From Trueperaceae bacterium (GTDB lineage Bacteria > Deinococcota > Deinococci > Deinococcales > Trueperaceae), in assembly GCA_965215565.1 (NCBI GenBank), contig CBDCDZ010000004.1:3328001-3392000 (forward strand): a stretch of DNA of 64,000 bases. Reading direction: 5' to 3'. Below the pieces are notes generated by a model, which did no database searches, was not told the DNA's origin, and worked only from the letters and a program-made list of their open reading frames with translations. Below, piece by piece: positions 49,113 through 61,036 of this stretch (the first letter of the stretch is position 1; the number at the start of each line of letters is the position of its first letter). The translations under genes and the position numbers were made by a program.

Positions 49113-49913
49113 ATGGAACGCTACAGACAACTCTTCACACCGCGCTGGCTAGCTGGGCATGTACTCGCCCTCACGCTCATCGCGCTTTTTGTTACTCTGG
49201 GCTTGTGGCAGCTTAGACGCTTGGACCAGCGTCAAACCTATAACGCCCTCTTGGAGTCTCGTTTAGAAGCTGCGCCGCAACCTTTTGACCGCTTGAAAGA
49301 CGAGTATGACCTCACCGCACCCGAAGCGGCAGAAGACGCCGCTGCGTACCGCCGCACTGAGGTAACGGGGCGCTTCGACGCGGAGAACGAGGTGTTGCTG
49401 CGCTCGAGAGCCCTGGACGGACAGCCCGGCTACCACGTCCTCACGCCGCTCATCTTAGAGGACGACCGCGCCCTCTTAGTGGATAGAGGCTGGGTCCCCT
49501 TCGACCTCGACGAGCCGCCTATTGCTCAAGCTGCGCCGCCGCCCGGAGAGGTCAGCGTGTCGGGCGTTCTCTTCCCGGTGCAGAAGCAGCCGACGGGTTT
49601 CGGCCCGAAAGACCCCGCTGAGGGCGAACTCGACGCGGTTTTCTTCGTGAACACGGAGCGAATAGAGCAGCAGCTACCCTACAGCTTAGAGCCCATCTAC
49701 TTAGAGCTGAACCAGCAGACGCCGCTACAATCCTCGCAGCTCCCCGTTCCCCCTACGCCCCCCGAACTCACCGAAGGCTCGCACTTAGGCTACGCCTTGC
49801 AGTGGTTCTCGTTCGCCGCCATCGGCGTTATCGGCTACGGCTTCCTGATGCGCAGCGTCCTCACGGACAAAGAGGACGACGAGGAGATCGTCTCCACGGC
49901 GCAAGCAAGCTGA
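49113..49913 (+). CDS. SURF1 family oxidase biogenesis protein
   Basis: LGLWQLRR, GYHVLTPL, VDRGWVP and HLGYALQWF. Confidence 0.93.
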   Translation: MERYRQLFTPRWLAGHVLALTLIALFVTLGLWQLRRLDQRQTYNALLESRLEAAPQPFDRLKDEYDLTAPEAAEDAAAYRRTEVTGRFDAENEVLLRSRALDGQPGYHVLTPLILEDDRALLVDRGWVPFDLDEPPIAQAAPPPGEVSVSGVLFPVQKQPTGFGPKDPAEGELDAVFFVNTERIEQQLPYSLEPIYLELNQQTPLQSSQLPVPPTPPELTEGSHLGYALQWFSFAAIGVIGYGFLMRSVLTDKEDDEEIVSTAQAS

Positions 49914-50075
49914 CGCTACGGTTTTAACGTGAGATTTTTCATATAAAGGGTGTTGGGGGAAGCGAGCCACCTTACAAAATAGCGAGACATAGATTCCTGA
50001 GCAGAAGTTGCTGAGTTAGGGGGAGTATGTCTGGATGAGGCTCGAGACCCGACACACATTCAACAGGGGGAAAGC

Positions 50076-50936
50076 ATGAGCGACGACCAACACAAGTCAC
50101 CACCCGCCCAAGACCAATCCTTACCCGGCAGCGAACAGGAGATGACGCCGCAGCCGCAGACGACGCAACCCGAGCGTCAGGGCAGTGGCAAGCTAGACGG
50201 CAAAGTCGCGCTGATTACAGGCGGCGACAGCGGTATCGGGCGCTCGGTAGCGGTACTTTTCGCGAGAGAGGGTGCGGACGTCGCCATCGTATACCTCTCG
50301 GAGGACGAGGACGCGAGTGACACCAAAGACCTCGTCGAAGCTGAAGGGAAGCGCTGCCTCACCATCAAGGGCGACATAGGCGACGAAAGTTTTGCGCAGC
50401 AAGCCGTTCAGCAAACCGTAGATGAGTACGGCGAGCTGAATATTTTGGTGAATAACGCCGGCGAGCAGCACATGCAAGAGAGCCTTACCGACATCAGCAA
50501 GGAGCAGTTGGAGCGCACCTTTCGCACGAACATCTTCGGGATGTTCTTCACCACCAAAGCTGCCTTGCAGCACCTCGGTGAAGGCGACGCCATCGTCAAC
50601 TCCTGCTCGGTCACAGCCTTTCAGGGCAACCCGACACTCATCGACTACTCCTCGACGAAGGGAGCTATCGTCTCGTTCACCCGCGCTTTGTCGCAGAACC
50701 TCGCCTCGAAGAACATCCGCGTCAATTCTGTCGCGCCCGGTCCCGTCTGGACGCCTCTCATTCCCGCGACCTTTCCACCCGAACAGGTCGAAGGTTTTGG
50801 TACGCAAGTGCCGCTAGGACGCCCCGGTCAACCTGAAGAGATCGCGCCCTGCTACGTGTTCTTAGCCTCGAGCGACGCCTCGTTCATCACCGGGCAAACG
50901 CTGCACCCCAACGGCGGCACCGTCATAGGCGGCTAA
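50076..50936 (+). CDS. Short-chain dehydrogenase/reductase (YdaD/YhdF-like general stress SDR)
   Basis: TGGDSGIG, NNAG, YSSTK and PGPVWTPLIP. Confidence 0.93.
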   Translation: MSDDQHKSPPAQDQSLPGSEQEMTPQPQTTQPERQGSGKLDGKVALITGGDSGIGRSVAVLFAREGADVAIVYLSEDEDASDTKDLVEAEGKRCLTIKGDIGDESFAQQAVQQTVDEYGELNILVNNAGEQHMQESLTDISKEQLERTFRTNIFGMFFTTKAALQHLGEGDAIVNSCSVTAFQGNPTLIDYSSTKGAIVSFTRALSQNLASKNIRVNSVAPGPVWTPLIPATFPPEQVEGFGTQVPLGRPGQPEEIAPCYVFLASSDASFITGQTLHPNGGTVIGG

Positions 50937-50937
50937 A

Positions 50938-51168
50938 ATGCCCTACGACAAGCGGAGCGAGCTGCCCGACTCTGTAACGGACAACTTGCCCAAACACGCT
51001 CAGGAAATTTACCAATCGGCGTACAACAGTGCCTGGGAGCAGTACGAGGACCCCGAGGACCGCCGGGACGACGCCTCGCGCGAAGAGGTGTCGCACAGGG
51101 TGGCGTGGTCGGCGGTGGAGCAGAAGTACGAGAAGAATAGTGAGGGGGAGTGGGTGGAGAAGTCGTAG
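50938..51168 (+). CDS. chaB: ChaB family protein
   Basis: MPY....LP.SV...LP.HAQEIY..A.NSAWEQY...AW.AV..KY. Confidence 0.92.
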   Translation: MPYDKRSELPDSVTDNLPKHAQEIYQSAYNSAWEQYEDPEDRRDDASREEVSHRVAWSAVEQKYEKNSEGEWVEKS

Positions 51169-51186
51169 CCTAGTCTACCTCTCGAG

Positions 51187-51215
51187 AAGGGCGCTTACGG
51201 GCGTCCTTTTCTTTT
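51187..51215 (+). terminator. Intrinsic terminator after chaB
   Basis: AAGGGCGC-TTACGG-GCGTCCTT followed by TTCTTTT. Confidence 0.7.
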
Positions 51216-51246
51216 GAAGCCTTGTTTCTCAACCTGCCTGTAATGA

Positions 51247-53793
51247 ATGTTAGCATGTGCTGTGGCAGAAAAAGACCCAAAAGATTTTGTATCTGATTCC
51301 TTGTCAGAGCTTGATGAACATGATCAAGAACCTGTTAAAGTGCAACTTTCTAACGAACTTGTTCATCTTCTTTCAGATCAACTTTATCAATCGCCTCTCA
51401 AAGCGATTGAGGAGTTGGTGGTCAATTCTTACGATGCAGATGCGAAAGAGTGCCGTGTTTACGTTCCAACTCCCGACAAAATGGAAGCGGAGCAAGCAGA
51501 CCAAATCCTTGTTTTCGATGATGGCGTAGGTATGTCCTACGAAGGTTTAGTCAACCTTTGGCATATTGGGCGTAGTAGCAAGCGAGACGAGGAGATACAA
51601 AAGCGTAGAAACCGGAAGCAAATCGGTAAGTTTGGTATCGGCAAATTAGCAACAAGAACAATAGCTAAAAGGCTGACTTATATCAGTAAGGCTGAAAGTG
51701 AAATTTTAGCTGTCACTGTTAATTTCGAAGACTTTAGAGAATCTCCAACGGGGGCTGCGCAGGAGGTAGAGGTTCCAGTTCATGTCATCAACAGTTATTC
51801 GAAATTTTTCTCTGATGCGAATCTCAATGACCTTATCTCTCTCGCTGGAGTTGAAAGCCAAAAATTTGAAGAAGAGCATTGGACTCTTGCTATCCTCGAG
51901 GATTTAACTGATAAGGCAAGGGAAATAAAGCACGGTAGACTCTCGTGGGTCTTGAGAACGGCTATGCCTCTCAGAACCGAATTTCAGCTCTACCTCAACG
52001 GTGATCAGGTTGAAAGCTCGAAAGAGGATTACAAGGAGATAGTTTCCTTCAAACTTGCAGAGCTTCCTCAGAGTAGACTGGACGAACTACAAAAAGAGAC
52101 TGGCGAGAAGTGGCGTGTAGAAAATGATGCGCTGAAATCTTCTTCTTTCGAGTCTGGTATCAGCGGTCAAGTAGTAGTAACTGAACAAAAACTGGTAGGT
52201 AAGAGTGACGATATTGGTAGAAGTCACGGCTTCTTCGTTAGGGCTGTAAATCGCCTTATCAATTATGACGATCCTCTCTTCGGCTTGACTGCACTTCAAT
52301 TCGGAGTTTTCAATAGATTTCGTGCTGATATTTACGTTGATGACTTAAACAAAGTTCTAAAAGCTTCTAGGGAAACGATTGAAGAGTCCAAGCTTAAAGA
52401 CCGGTTCCAGAAATTACTTAGAATTGTTTGGAGAGAGGCTGAACAGCGATACAACAAGTATCAGCGCGAGCAAGAGGGTGAGGGCTCACAGCGGGAGGGA
52501 AAAAAGAATTTTGTTCCTCAGCTTTTGGTTGAGCAACCTATTGCAGATGCTTTAACGACTCAAAGATATAAGCCGGGCGGTGCTGAAGCAGACGATAGTT
52601 GGTTTTACTTTGACAAACCACAAGAAGCTGAAGCGGCATTGCTCGCTCAAAAGTATTACACAGAAGAGCGAAAGCTCTACAAGCATGAGTACAGAAGTTT
52701 ACACGATTACAGAAGTTTAGGTGAAACCGCCAGGCTTGTGAAATTCGAACCAAGCACTTCTACTTTTCTGCTCAACGAAAATCACGAACTGGTGCAAGAG
52801 TACCGAAGTGATGATCGAGCGAAGAGTTTACTGGAAGATGTTGCAACGGCCGAAGCGTTGTTAGAGGTGTATCTATATGAAGCGGAAGTACCTGATGAAA
52901 CTATCGGGGAAGTTCTTGAACGCCGCGACAAGCTGCTTCGAAGTCTGGCAAAGGACCGTTCTTTTTCGTTAGAAACAATTAGTAGAACACTGCGAGATGC
53001 AACAGCAGATGAGCATGAACTCGAAACTTCCCTAGTCGTTGTTGCAAGAGCGTTAGGTTTCGTTGCGAATCAGATTTCTGGACCAAAGGAGCCTGATGGA
53101 ATTGCAAAGTTTACCGATTATCCCGAAGGGACGAAAACTATTATTTTAGAGGCAAAGTCATCCACCAAAGTTCCTTCACTTGCCGCTATAGATTTTGCTG
53201 GTTTAGATGAGCATAGGAAACGGCATAATGCTGATGGTTGTTTACTGGTGGCTCCTTCTTATCCTAATCTCAGCAACGATGATAGCGCGGCCAGTTTCCG
53301 CGCTAACGAGGCTAGGATATCTTGTTGGACAGTTTCTCAGTTAGCGGATTTTGTTGAAGCTGCGGAATCTCGGCATTTCACAGCGCAACAGCTTTTGGAT
53401 ATTGTTCTCAACAAATTTAGACCTGCTGAAGTAGAAGAAGCGGTAAAGCAACTTCTTGAAGAACCAGTCTGGAGTCAACGTGATTTATACGTCGCCGTTC
53501 TCGATGCGCTTAGAAAGCTGGAAGGGCGTTTGCCTGACCGACCTCGGACTATTGAAATGGTAGCGACAATAGTAACTAGTGATCCCGTGTATGAAAATGT
53601 CAGAACGGCCGACGTATCACAGGCTCTTCGAAATTTATCTAGCGCTAGTCAAGGTGGCATGACCGTTACTGATAACGAAAGAATTGTGTTGCATTTAAGC
53701 TATGATGAGCTGGAGCGAAGAGTGAACGGTATCACAAAGCAATCAACAACTCCGCGCCGAATCAGCAGTTTTCGTGACAATGAAGAATCCTAA
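51247..53793 (+). CDS. GHKL (MORC/HATPase_c_3-like) ATPase fused to a C-terminal PD-(D/E)xK restriction-endonuclease-like domain
   Basis: GHKL boxes AIEELVVNSYDADA, FDDGVGMS and IGKFGIGKLA; nuclease-like EPDG...ILEAKS motif. Visibly AT-rich relative to the flanks. Confidence 0.82.
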   Translation: MLACAVAEKDPKDFVSDSLSELDEHDQEPVKVQLSNELVHLLSDQLYQSPLKAIEELVVNSYDADAKECRVYVPTPDKMEAEQADQILVFDDGVGMSYEGLVNLWHIGRSSKRDEEIQKRRNRKQIGKFGIGKLATRTIAKRLTYISKAESEILAVTVNFEDFRESPTGAAQEVEVPVHVINSYSKFFSDANLNDLISLAGVESQKFEEEHWTLAILEDLTDKAREIKHGRLSWVLRTAMPLRTEFQLYLNGDQVESSKEDYKEIVSFKLAELPQSRLDELQKETGEKWRVENDALKSSSFESGISGQVVVTEQKLVGKSDDIGRSHGFFVRAVNRLINYDDPLFGLTALQFGVFNRFRADIYVDDLNKVLKASRETIEESKLKDRFQKLLRIVWREAEQRYNKYQREQEGEGSQREGKKNFVPQLLVEQPIADALTTQRYKPGGAEADDSWFYFDKPQEAEAALLAQKYYTEERKLYKHEYRSLHDYRSLGETARLVKFEPSTSTFLLNENHELVQEYRSDDRAKSLLEDVATAEALLEVYLYEAEVPDETIGEVLERRDKLLRSLAKDRSFSLETISRTLRDATADEHELETSLVVVARALGFVANQISGPKEPDGIAKFTDYPEGTKTIILEAKSSTKVPSLAAIDFAGLDEHRKRHNADGCLLVAPSYPNLSNDDSAASFRANEARISCWTVSQLADFVEAAESRHFTAQQLLDIVLNKFRPAEVEEAVKQLLEEPVWSQRDLYVAVLDALRKLEGRLPDRPRTIEMVATIVTSDPVYENVRTADVSQALRNLSSASQGGMTVTDNERIVLHLSYDELERRVNGITKQSTTPRRISSFRDNEES

Positions 53794-54637
53794 ATACGAC
53801 TTGCTCAACGATGTTACGACCGGTGACGTACTCGAGACTCTTGAAAAAATTGAAAAAGACACTGTGGATATCACAGTTACTTCACCCCCGTACAACAAAC
53901 GTCCGCGCCCTCGCGGATGGCTTGTTCAAAACTCGGGTTATGCTCACCATAACGATCATATGCCTGAAGGTGAGTATCAAGAATGGCAAATAAAGGTTCT
54001 CAATGAGCTGCTCCGAGTGACTAAGCCGGGAGGATCGCTTTTTTACAATCACAAAATCCGCTGGGAAGATGGGAATCTGCTTCATCCTTTTAGTTGGATT
54101 ATGAGATCAAAATGGTGTATTAGGCAGGAAATTATTTGGGACCGTACAACTGTAGCAAATATGCGAGGTTGGCGCTTTTGGCAAGTAGATGAGCGTATCT
54201 ACTGGCTCTATAAACCTTTGAACGGTCATCTTGTAGGCAAAGAATTACAGTCCAAACACGCCAAGGCTACCTCGATATGGCGTATTAAGCCTGTTCCTAG
54301 AATGGACGAGCATCCGGCACCCTTCCCTTTGACTATACCTGCACGCGCAATAGCTTCAATGCCCACTGAGGGCAAGATAACTGTGCTTGATCCCTTTTGT
54401 GGCACAGGTACAACGCTTGTTGCTGCAAAATTGCTTGACCACAACTATATTGGTGTAGATAACTCTGCTTCCTACGTTGAATTTGCCAAAGATAGGCTCG
54501 AATGCGCCGAGAGTGAAAGAGCAGTTATCAAAGGAGAAATAAGAAAACATGTGATTAAAGAGTCTTTCAAAGAGCGTAAGAAGAATGGTAAAGAAAGTTG
54601 GCCTTATAAACGGAAAACAGAGGAAGCCTCTAACTAA
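53774..54637 (+). CDS. Beta-class amino DNA methyltransferase (N4-C/N6-A)
   Basis: TSPPY precedes HPAPFP and LDPFCGTGTT (beta motif order). Overlaps the upstream gene; AT-rich. Confidence 0.93.
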   Translation: MTMKNPKYDLLNDVTTGDVLETLEKIEKDTVDITVTSPPYNKRPRPRGWLVQNSGYAHHNDHMPEGEYQEWQIKVLNELLRVTKPGGSLFYNHKIRWEDGNLLHPFSWIMRSKWCIRQEIIWDRTTVANMRGWRFWQVDERIYWLYKPLNGHLVGKELQSKHAKATSIWRIKPVPRMDEHPAPFPLTIPARAIASMPTEGKITVLDPFCGTGTTLVAAKLLDHNYIGVDNSASYVEFAKDRLECAESERAVIKGEIRKHVIKESFKERKKNGKESWPYKRKTEEASN

Positions 54638-54728
54638 ATACTGAAGCTAGCATAGTGGCAGTCTCGAGCACGTTCAAGCAACATAAACACCTTCATGAAG
54701 AGCCAACCCTACCCCTCTTGAGCCAATC

Positions 54729-57700
54729 ATGTTAATCTCACGTATGAAAAAGTTCATAGCTGGGTGCAGGTCTTATCGGTCTGTCGTAGTTTTTTCGTTT
54801 CTCATCGCCCTCGCCGGGTGCGGTCTAACACCTCAAAATGCTGTGGACGATCCCGTAGGGGGCGATACGGGGGACGCTACACAAGTATGGCGAGCCTCCG
54901 AAGTCCCCTTTCAACTCTGCGACATCGACACCTTCGTCGTGAGCGAACTGAGCTTCACGAGGAGCGGGGACGCACTTACAGGAACCCTCTCACTCGTCAG
55001 CGGTCAGACGGGCTTGATAGCGTCGGGACCGTTCGAGGGAACGGTGTCGGGTGAAGAGGTTACGGGCACAGCAACCTTATCGGGCGACGTCGAGGCGACG
55101 CTCGAGGCTGAGCTGACCCTCACGGACACCCTATCGGGCACGCTCACCGCGCAAGAGAGCGTCGAGTGCAACGTGAGCGAGTCGGGAACCTTGAGGCTCG
55201 AGCTAGAAGGCGTCCAGCCCGACTCCGCCAAGCCTCAGCGCATCGAAAACGTAGACTGGCGCGATGAGAACATCTACTTCGCTTTCACCGACCGCTTCAA
55301 CAACGGCGACCCCAGCAACGACGACGGCGCAGCTAGAGAAGGTGCGTTCGACGAGGCTGACCTCTCCAACGAGCGCCTCTGGCACGGCGGCGACTGGGCG
55401 GGCATCACGCAGAAGATCGAAGAGGGGTACTTTGGCGAGCTTGGCTTTACCGCTATCTGGATTTCGCCTGTGTACTATCAAGTCCCGGCGATTCTCATGG
55501 AGAACTTCGAATCGTTCTCCGAAGAGGGACCCTTCGCGGGCTTCCACGGCTACTGGGCGGAAGACTTTTTGCGCACCGATCCGCACTTCGGCACGCTCGA
55601 TGAGCTTAAAACGCTCGTGCGCACCGCCCACGAAAACGACATCAAAATCGTCCAGGACATGATCGTCAATCACACGGGCTACGGCTCGACGATGATGGAG
55701 ACGCGCCCCGAGTGGCTGCGCGATGAGCCCATCTGCTATACGGACGCCGCCCCGGACGAGCAAGCCTGTCTGCTCGCTGAACTGCCCGACTTCATCCAAG
55801 CGAACGAAGAGGTGCCGCCCTTCTTGAACGAAACGGTGCGCTATTGGGTGGAGGAAATAGGCATCGACGGCATCCGCATGGATACGGTCAAGCACGTCCC
55901 TGACTTCTACTGGGAGGACTTCTTCGCGCCGGGCGGCGCGGGCGACCCCGAGCGCATCTGGACGGTGGGCGAAGTCTTTAGCGGCGACGTAGGGCTCATC
56001 GCCAAGTATCAAAACGACATCGGCATCCCCTCCTTGTTCGACTTCCCGCTGCACTACGCAATCAACGAACAGCTTTCAGGACCGGACGGAAACTTGGACG
56101 GCGTAGCGGACATCTTCGCGCAGGACGCCGCCTACGACGACCCTACGCGCCTCACGACTTTCGTGGACAACCACGACGTGGCGCGGTTCGTGACCGTTTC
56201 GCAAAACAAAGGCGTCTCTTATGAAGACGCGCAGGAGCGTCTGGATTTAGGGCTCTCGCTCATCTACACTTCGCGCGGTCATCCGATGGTCTACTACGGG
56301 ACAGAAATCGCCTTACAGGGTGGCAACGATCCTGACAACCGTGCAGATATGGACTTCTCCCGCTTGGCGGACTCCTCCTTGGACGAGCGTTTGGCGGCGC
56401 TAGCGAACGCCAGGGCGAGTTATCCCGCCCTCACGCGCGGTTCGCATGAGGTCTTGGCGCAACCGAGCAACACGGGAACGGCTATTTTGGCGTATCGTCG
56501 CACCCTAGAAGGTGAACAGCCCGTCGTGGCGGTGCTCAATAACGGTGACGAAGCCGTCGACCTCTCGAGCTTACCCGCGGGTGGCGTTCCGCTCTTAGGA
56601 ACCTTCGCGGACGGCGCGGCCCTCACGGAAGTCACGGGGCGCGACAACCCTCTCAGCTTGCAAAACGGTCTTCTTGTCGGCACGATTCCCGCCCGCACGC
56701 TGCTCGCGCTGAGCGCCGAAGCCGGACAGGGCGGCGGCAGCAATCCTGACCTGGCGAACGTCACTGACCTCTCCGCGCTATCCGGCAACGGCGCGGTCAA
56801 GCTTAGCTGGACGCCCGTGGAGGACGACGCGGCGGTAGGCTACCGCGTGCGCTACCGCGCGGAGGGCGAGGAAGGCTTCCAAGCGGGACAATTCACCAGC
56901 GTGACGGCGAGTGAGGCAGTGGTCTACACGCTCACGAACGGCACCCCCTACGAGTTCAACGTGGTGACGGTAGACAGTGGCGGGCGCGAGTCGGACGGCA
57001 CATCGGTCACCGCCACGCCAGACCCCGACGCCACCGCCCAAGTGACCTTCGTCGTGGACGCCCGCTCGCAAGGGAGCAGCGCCGACATCGAAATTCGCCG
57101 CTTCGACACAGGCGAGCAGTTGGAGTACCCGATGACGCCCGTAGAGGGTCAGCGCGGCTTCTACGAAACGACTTTAGAGCTTCCTCTGCTCCGCGAAATC
57201 TCCTTTAAGTTCTCCAACGACGCGCCGAACGCGAAGAATGCGGGGTATGAGGACGGGCTTTCGGGTACGACGAACCGCCCCTTGCTCATCGACGAAGCCG
57301 AGCTGACCTTTGAAGGCGTCTACGACTTCATCGTCACACCCGTGCCCGACGCCGCCATCCAGGGCACCGTTACCTTGGACGGCTTGCCCCTCAGCGCGGT
57401 GCTCGTCGAAGCGGCGGACACACCGCAGACGTACTACGCTTTCACCTTCTCCGACGGGTCTTACTACCTACCCTTCCTGGCGGGGGAGAGCACGACGCTG
57501 ACCGCCTCGAGAGAGCGTCTAAGCGACGCCACCCAAGACGCCACCGCGCCCGCCGAAAACGTGGACTTCACGCTGGAGGCTGAGCCAGTAGGCGTCACGA
57601 AGTACGACATTGACGCGGACCTCTCCGACTGGACGGAGCCCGCCGCCTCGCTGCAGAGCCCGAACGAAGGCGTGTTCGGACCCGACAACAACTTCAAAGC

Positions 57701-58211
57701 GCTGTTCGTAGACTTTGACGAGACCTACCTCTACCTCGGCTACACCTACCGCGCGGCGGGTAACTCCGTCATCCTCTACCTAGATACGGTGGAGGGCGGC
57801 AGCACCACGGCTGAGAACTTCGGCACCTTGCCGCGCCTCGTCACCTTTAATGAGCCCGTCGACCTCTTCATCTCGCAGTTCGAAGGGCAAGACGTTCAGC
57901 TCTACGACGTCGTGTCTGAGGAAGAAGTGACGCGCTCCACCATGCGTTACCCCGTCGCCACGGCGGGCAGCGCGCCGGCGTTCACGACAGAAGCTGCGAT
58001 TCCTTGGACGGCGCTGGGGTTTGAGGGACAGCCGGACGCGGGTACAGTGGTAAACCTCTACGCAGGCATCTACGGCGGCGACAACTACGGCGCGGGCGAC
58101 ATTGCGCCAGACGCGACGTCGACGCCCGCCGCGCCTGAGAATACGATTGCGAGCTTTGATGACAACGCCGCAGCGACGTTCGAGACACCTTTCTCGGTCA
58201 CGGTGGAGTAG
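54729..58211 (+). CDS. GH13 alpha-amylase/amylopullulanase-like lipoprotein with FN3 and carbohydrate-binding-like modules
   Basis: Lipobox LAGC; GH13 regions DRFNNGD, HGYW, DMIVNH, GIRMDTVKH, GEVF and FVDNHD; FN3-like VKLSW...LTNGTPYEF. Exact start uncertain. Confidence 0.9.
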   Translation: MLISRMKKFIAGCRSYRSVVVFSFLIALAGCGLTPQNAVDDPVGGDTGDATQVWRASEVPFQLCDIDTFVVSELSFTRSGDALTGTLSLVSGQTGLIASGPFEGTVSGEEVTGTATLSGDVEATLEAELTLTDTLSGTLTAQESVECNVSESGTLRLELEGVQPDSAKPQRIENVDWRDENIYFAFTDRFNNGDPSNDDGAAREGAFDEADLSNERLWHGGDWAGITQKIEEGYFGELGFTAIWISPVYYQVPAILMENFESFSEEGPFAGFHGYWAEDFLRTDPHFGTLDELKTLVRTAHENDIKIVQDMIVNHTGYGSTMMETRPEWLRDEPICYTDAAPDEQACLLAELPDFIQANEEVPPFLNETVRYWVEEIGIDGIRMDTVKHVPDFYWEDFFAPGGAGDPERIWTVGEVFSGDVGLIAKYQNDIGIPSLFDFPLHYAINEQLSGPDGNLDGVADIFAQDAAYDDPTRLTTFVDNHDVARFVTVSQNKGVSYEDAQERLDLGLSLIYTSRGHPMVYYGTEIALQGGNDPDNRADMDFSRLADSSLDERLAALANARASYPALTRGSHEVLAQPSNTGTAILAYRRTLEGEQPVVAVLNNGDEAVDLSSLPAGGVPLLGTFADGAALTEVTGRDNPLSLQNGLLVGTIPARTLLALSAEAGQGGGSNPDLANVTDLSALSGNGAVKLSWTPVEDDAAVGYRVRYRAEGEEGFQAGQFTSVTASEAVVYTLTNGTPYEFNVVTVDSGGRESDGTSVTATPDPDATAQVTFVVDARSQGSSADIEIRRFDTGEQLEYPMTPVEGQRGFYETTLELPLLREISFKFSNDAPNAKNAGYEDGLSGTTNRPLLIDEAELTFEGVYDFIVTPVPDAAIQGTVTLDGLPLSAVLVEAADTPQTYYAFTFSDGSYYLPFLAGESTTLTASRERLSDATQDATAPAENVDFTLEAEPVGVTKYDIDADLSDWTEPAASLQSPNEGVFGPDNNFKALFVDFDETYLYLGYTYRAAGNSVILYLDTVEGGSTTAENFGTLPRLVTFNEPVDLFISQFEGQDVQLYDVVSEEEVTRSTMRYPVATAGSAPAFTTEAAIPWTALGFEGQPDAGTVVNLYAGIYGGDNYGAGDIAPDATSTPAAPENTIASFDDNAAATFETPFSVTVE

Positions 58212-58258
58212 GGTTTAGGTTACTCGAGTTATCCCGATAAGCTAGACACACAGCGTGT

Positions 58259-59713
<1,455 letters not shown>

Positions 59714-60201
59714 CTCTCACACACCACCTGCGTGGATTGCGCCCATACCGGTTGCCCCCGCGCTTGTTGTCAACGGGTGGCTGCGTGGCTATCCATAGTA
59801 ACAGGAGAAAGCCGCCGGGCAGGAGGGTCAAAATGGCTCCCTTGCCGGATTTGTTCATATCTTGTAAACGCTTCACGGTGATGAACGCCGTGCCGATGTA
59901 GACGAGCCCGAGTGCGGCGAGGTTGAGGAGCGCTAAAAAGGTGGTGAGCGTGTGGGTAAGCTCGAGCAACAAAACCCCCGGCGCAAGGATGGCGAGAAGT
60001 GGCGGCGCGAAGAGAACAGCGTAACTGAGCGTCACGAGCAGGGTAAAGGTGCGCCTGCGCATCCGTCCGTGCACCTTGCTGAGTAGGTTCTCTAAACCGC
60101 GCCTAAACACACCTCATGGTGCAGGAAAAGCGTGCTAAACGTGGTGCAGAAGCACATAGAACGTTCTGTTTTTCACGCTTTTAGAGTTCATAGAGCGTTC
60201 A

Positions 60202-60241
60202 TTGAAAGAAATCCCAAAAAGGGCTACAATAAAGGCTACAA
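60202..60241 (+). promoter_or_regulatory. Sigma70-type promoter of the TA operon with a GGCTACAA direct repeat
   Basis: TTGAAA-N17-TACAAT; GGCTACAA occurs twice over the -10 box and start region. Confidence 0.7.
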
Positions 60242-60255
60242 ATAAGGAGGCAAAG

Positions 60256-60525
60256 GTGAAACGAGTCGGCATTCGCGAATTCAAAGACAAAGCCACGGCT
60301 TTAATCGCCGAAGAGAAGGGGCTCGTGATCGAGCGGCACGGCAAGCCTGTGGGGTTTTATATTCCGCTCGTCAAAAAGGATAAGGCACAGGCGAAAGAGG
60401 CGGTAGAGAAGCTGGAGCGCACCATTGAGGACGTACTGGAACGCACCGGTATGACTCGTGACGAGTTGGTTGCGTTTTTTACGGAGGATTGGGAGGAAGG
60501 CGTGCGCCATGCGCCTCGTGATTGA
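60256..60525 (+). CDS. Phd/YefM-type antitoxin
   Basis: KRVGIREFKD and IERHGKPVG; AAGGAGG RBS before GTG 60256. Confidence 0.85.
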   Translation: MKRVGIREFKDKATALIAEEKGLVIERHGKPVGFYIPLVKKDKAQAKEAVEKLERTIEDVLERTGMTRDELVAFFTEDWEEGVRHAPRD

Positions 60526-60946
60526 CGCGAGTACGTTAGTTGGCGAGTTGCTCCGCGAACGCGGTAAGAAGCTCATCCTTGACCCTCGGCTCGAGCTTTA
60601 CATCGCCGAGCCCACCTGGAGCGAGATGCGTCATGAACTCCTCCGGCGTCAGAAACTTTTGGTGCAGCGCGGTAGGCTCTCACCAGAGCTTGCAGCGACA
60701 CTTCTCCAAGAGGGATTCGACGCCGCTGGAAGGGCACTTTCGGTAATGTCTAGCGCCTCTTTAGAGCCTTTTCGAGAGACCGCGCTCGGACGCATTCCGC
60801 AAGACGCGGATGACTGGCCTAGTGTCGCTCTAGCTCTGATGCTGGATGTGGGCATCTGGACCGAAGACCGCGATTTCTTCGGCTCCGGTCTCGCGACGTG
60901 GCAAACCTCAGTTTTGCGACACGTCTTAGAAACGGAAGCTGAGTGA
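60509..60946 (+). CDS. PIN-domain (VapC-like) toxin
   Basis: MRLVIDAS, D.DDWP.VALA and IWTEDRDF; overlaps the antitoxin. Confidence 0.88.
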   Translation: MRLVIDASTLVGELLRERGKKLILDPRLELYIAEPTWSEMRHELLRRQKLLVQRGRLSPELAATLLQEGFDAAGRALSVMSSASLEPFRETALGRIPQDADDWPSVALALMLDVGIWTEDRDFFGSGLATWQTSVLRHVLETEAE

Positions 60947-61036
60947 GTATGTACAGACGAACGAGCGCGTACGAACGCTATTTTGGACTGACCGTGACCT
61001 CTCTGACTTTGTCTGATTTTACAAAACGCTACTTCG

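Noticed and set aside
51216..54728. att sites or IS ends bounding the AT-rich island
   Set aside because: No convincing direct or inverted repeats, tRNA or recombinase seen at the boundaries.
55203..56054. 283-aa minus-strand ORF (and the many similar short overlapping ORFs in the track)
   Set aside because: Antisense or alternate-frame shadows of well-supported genes, without motifs of their own.
60163..60179. Deinococcal RDRM (DdrO) site before the TA operon
   Set aside because: Only the TTCTGT half matches; the right half (CACGCTT) departs from the palindrome.
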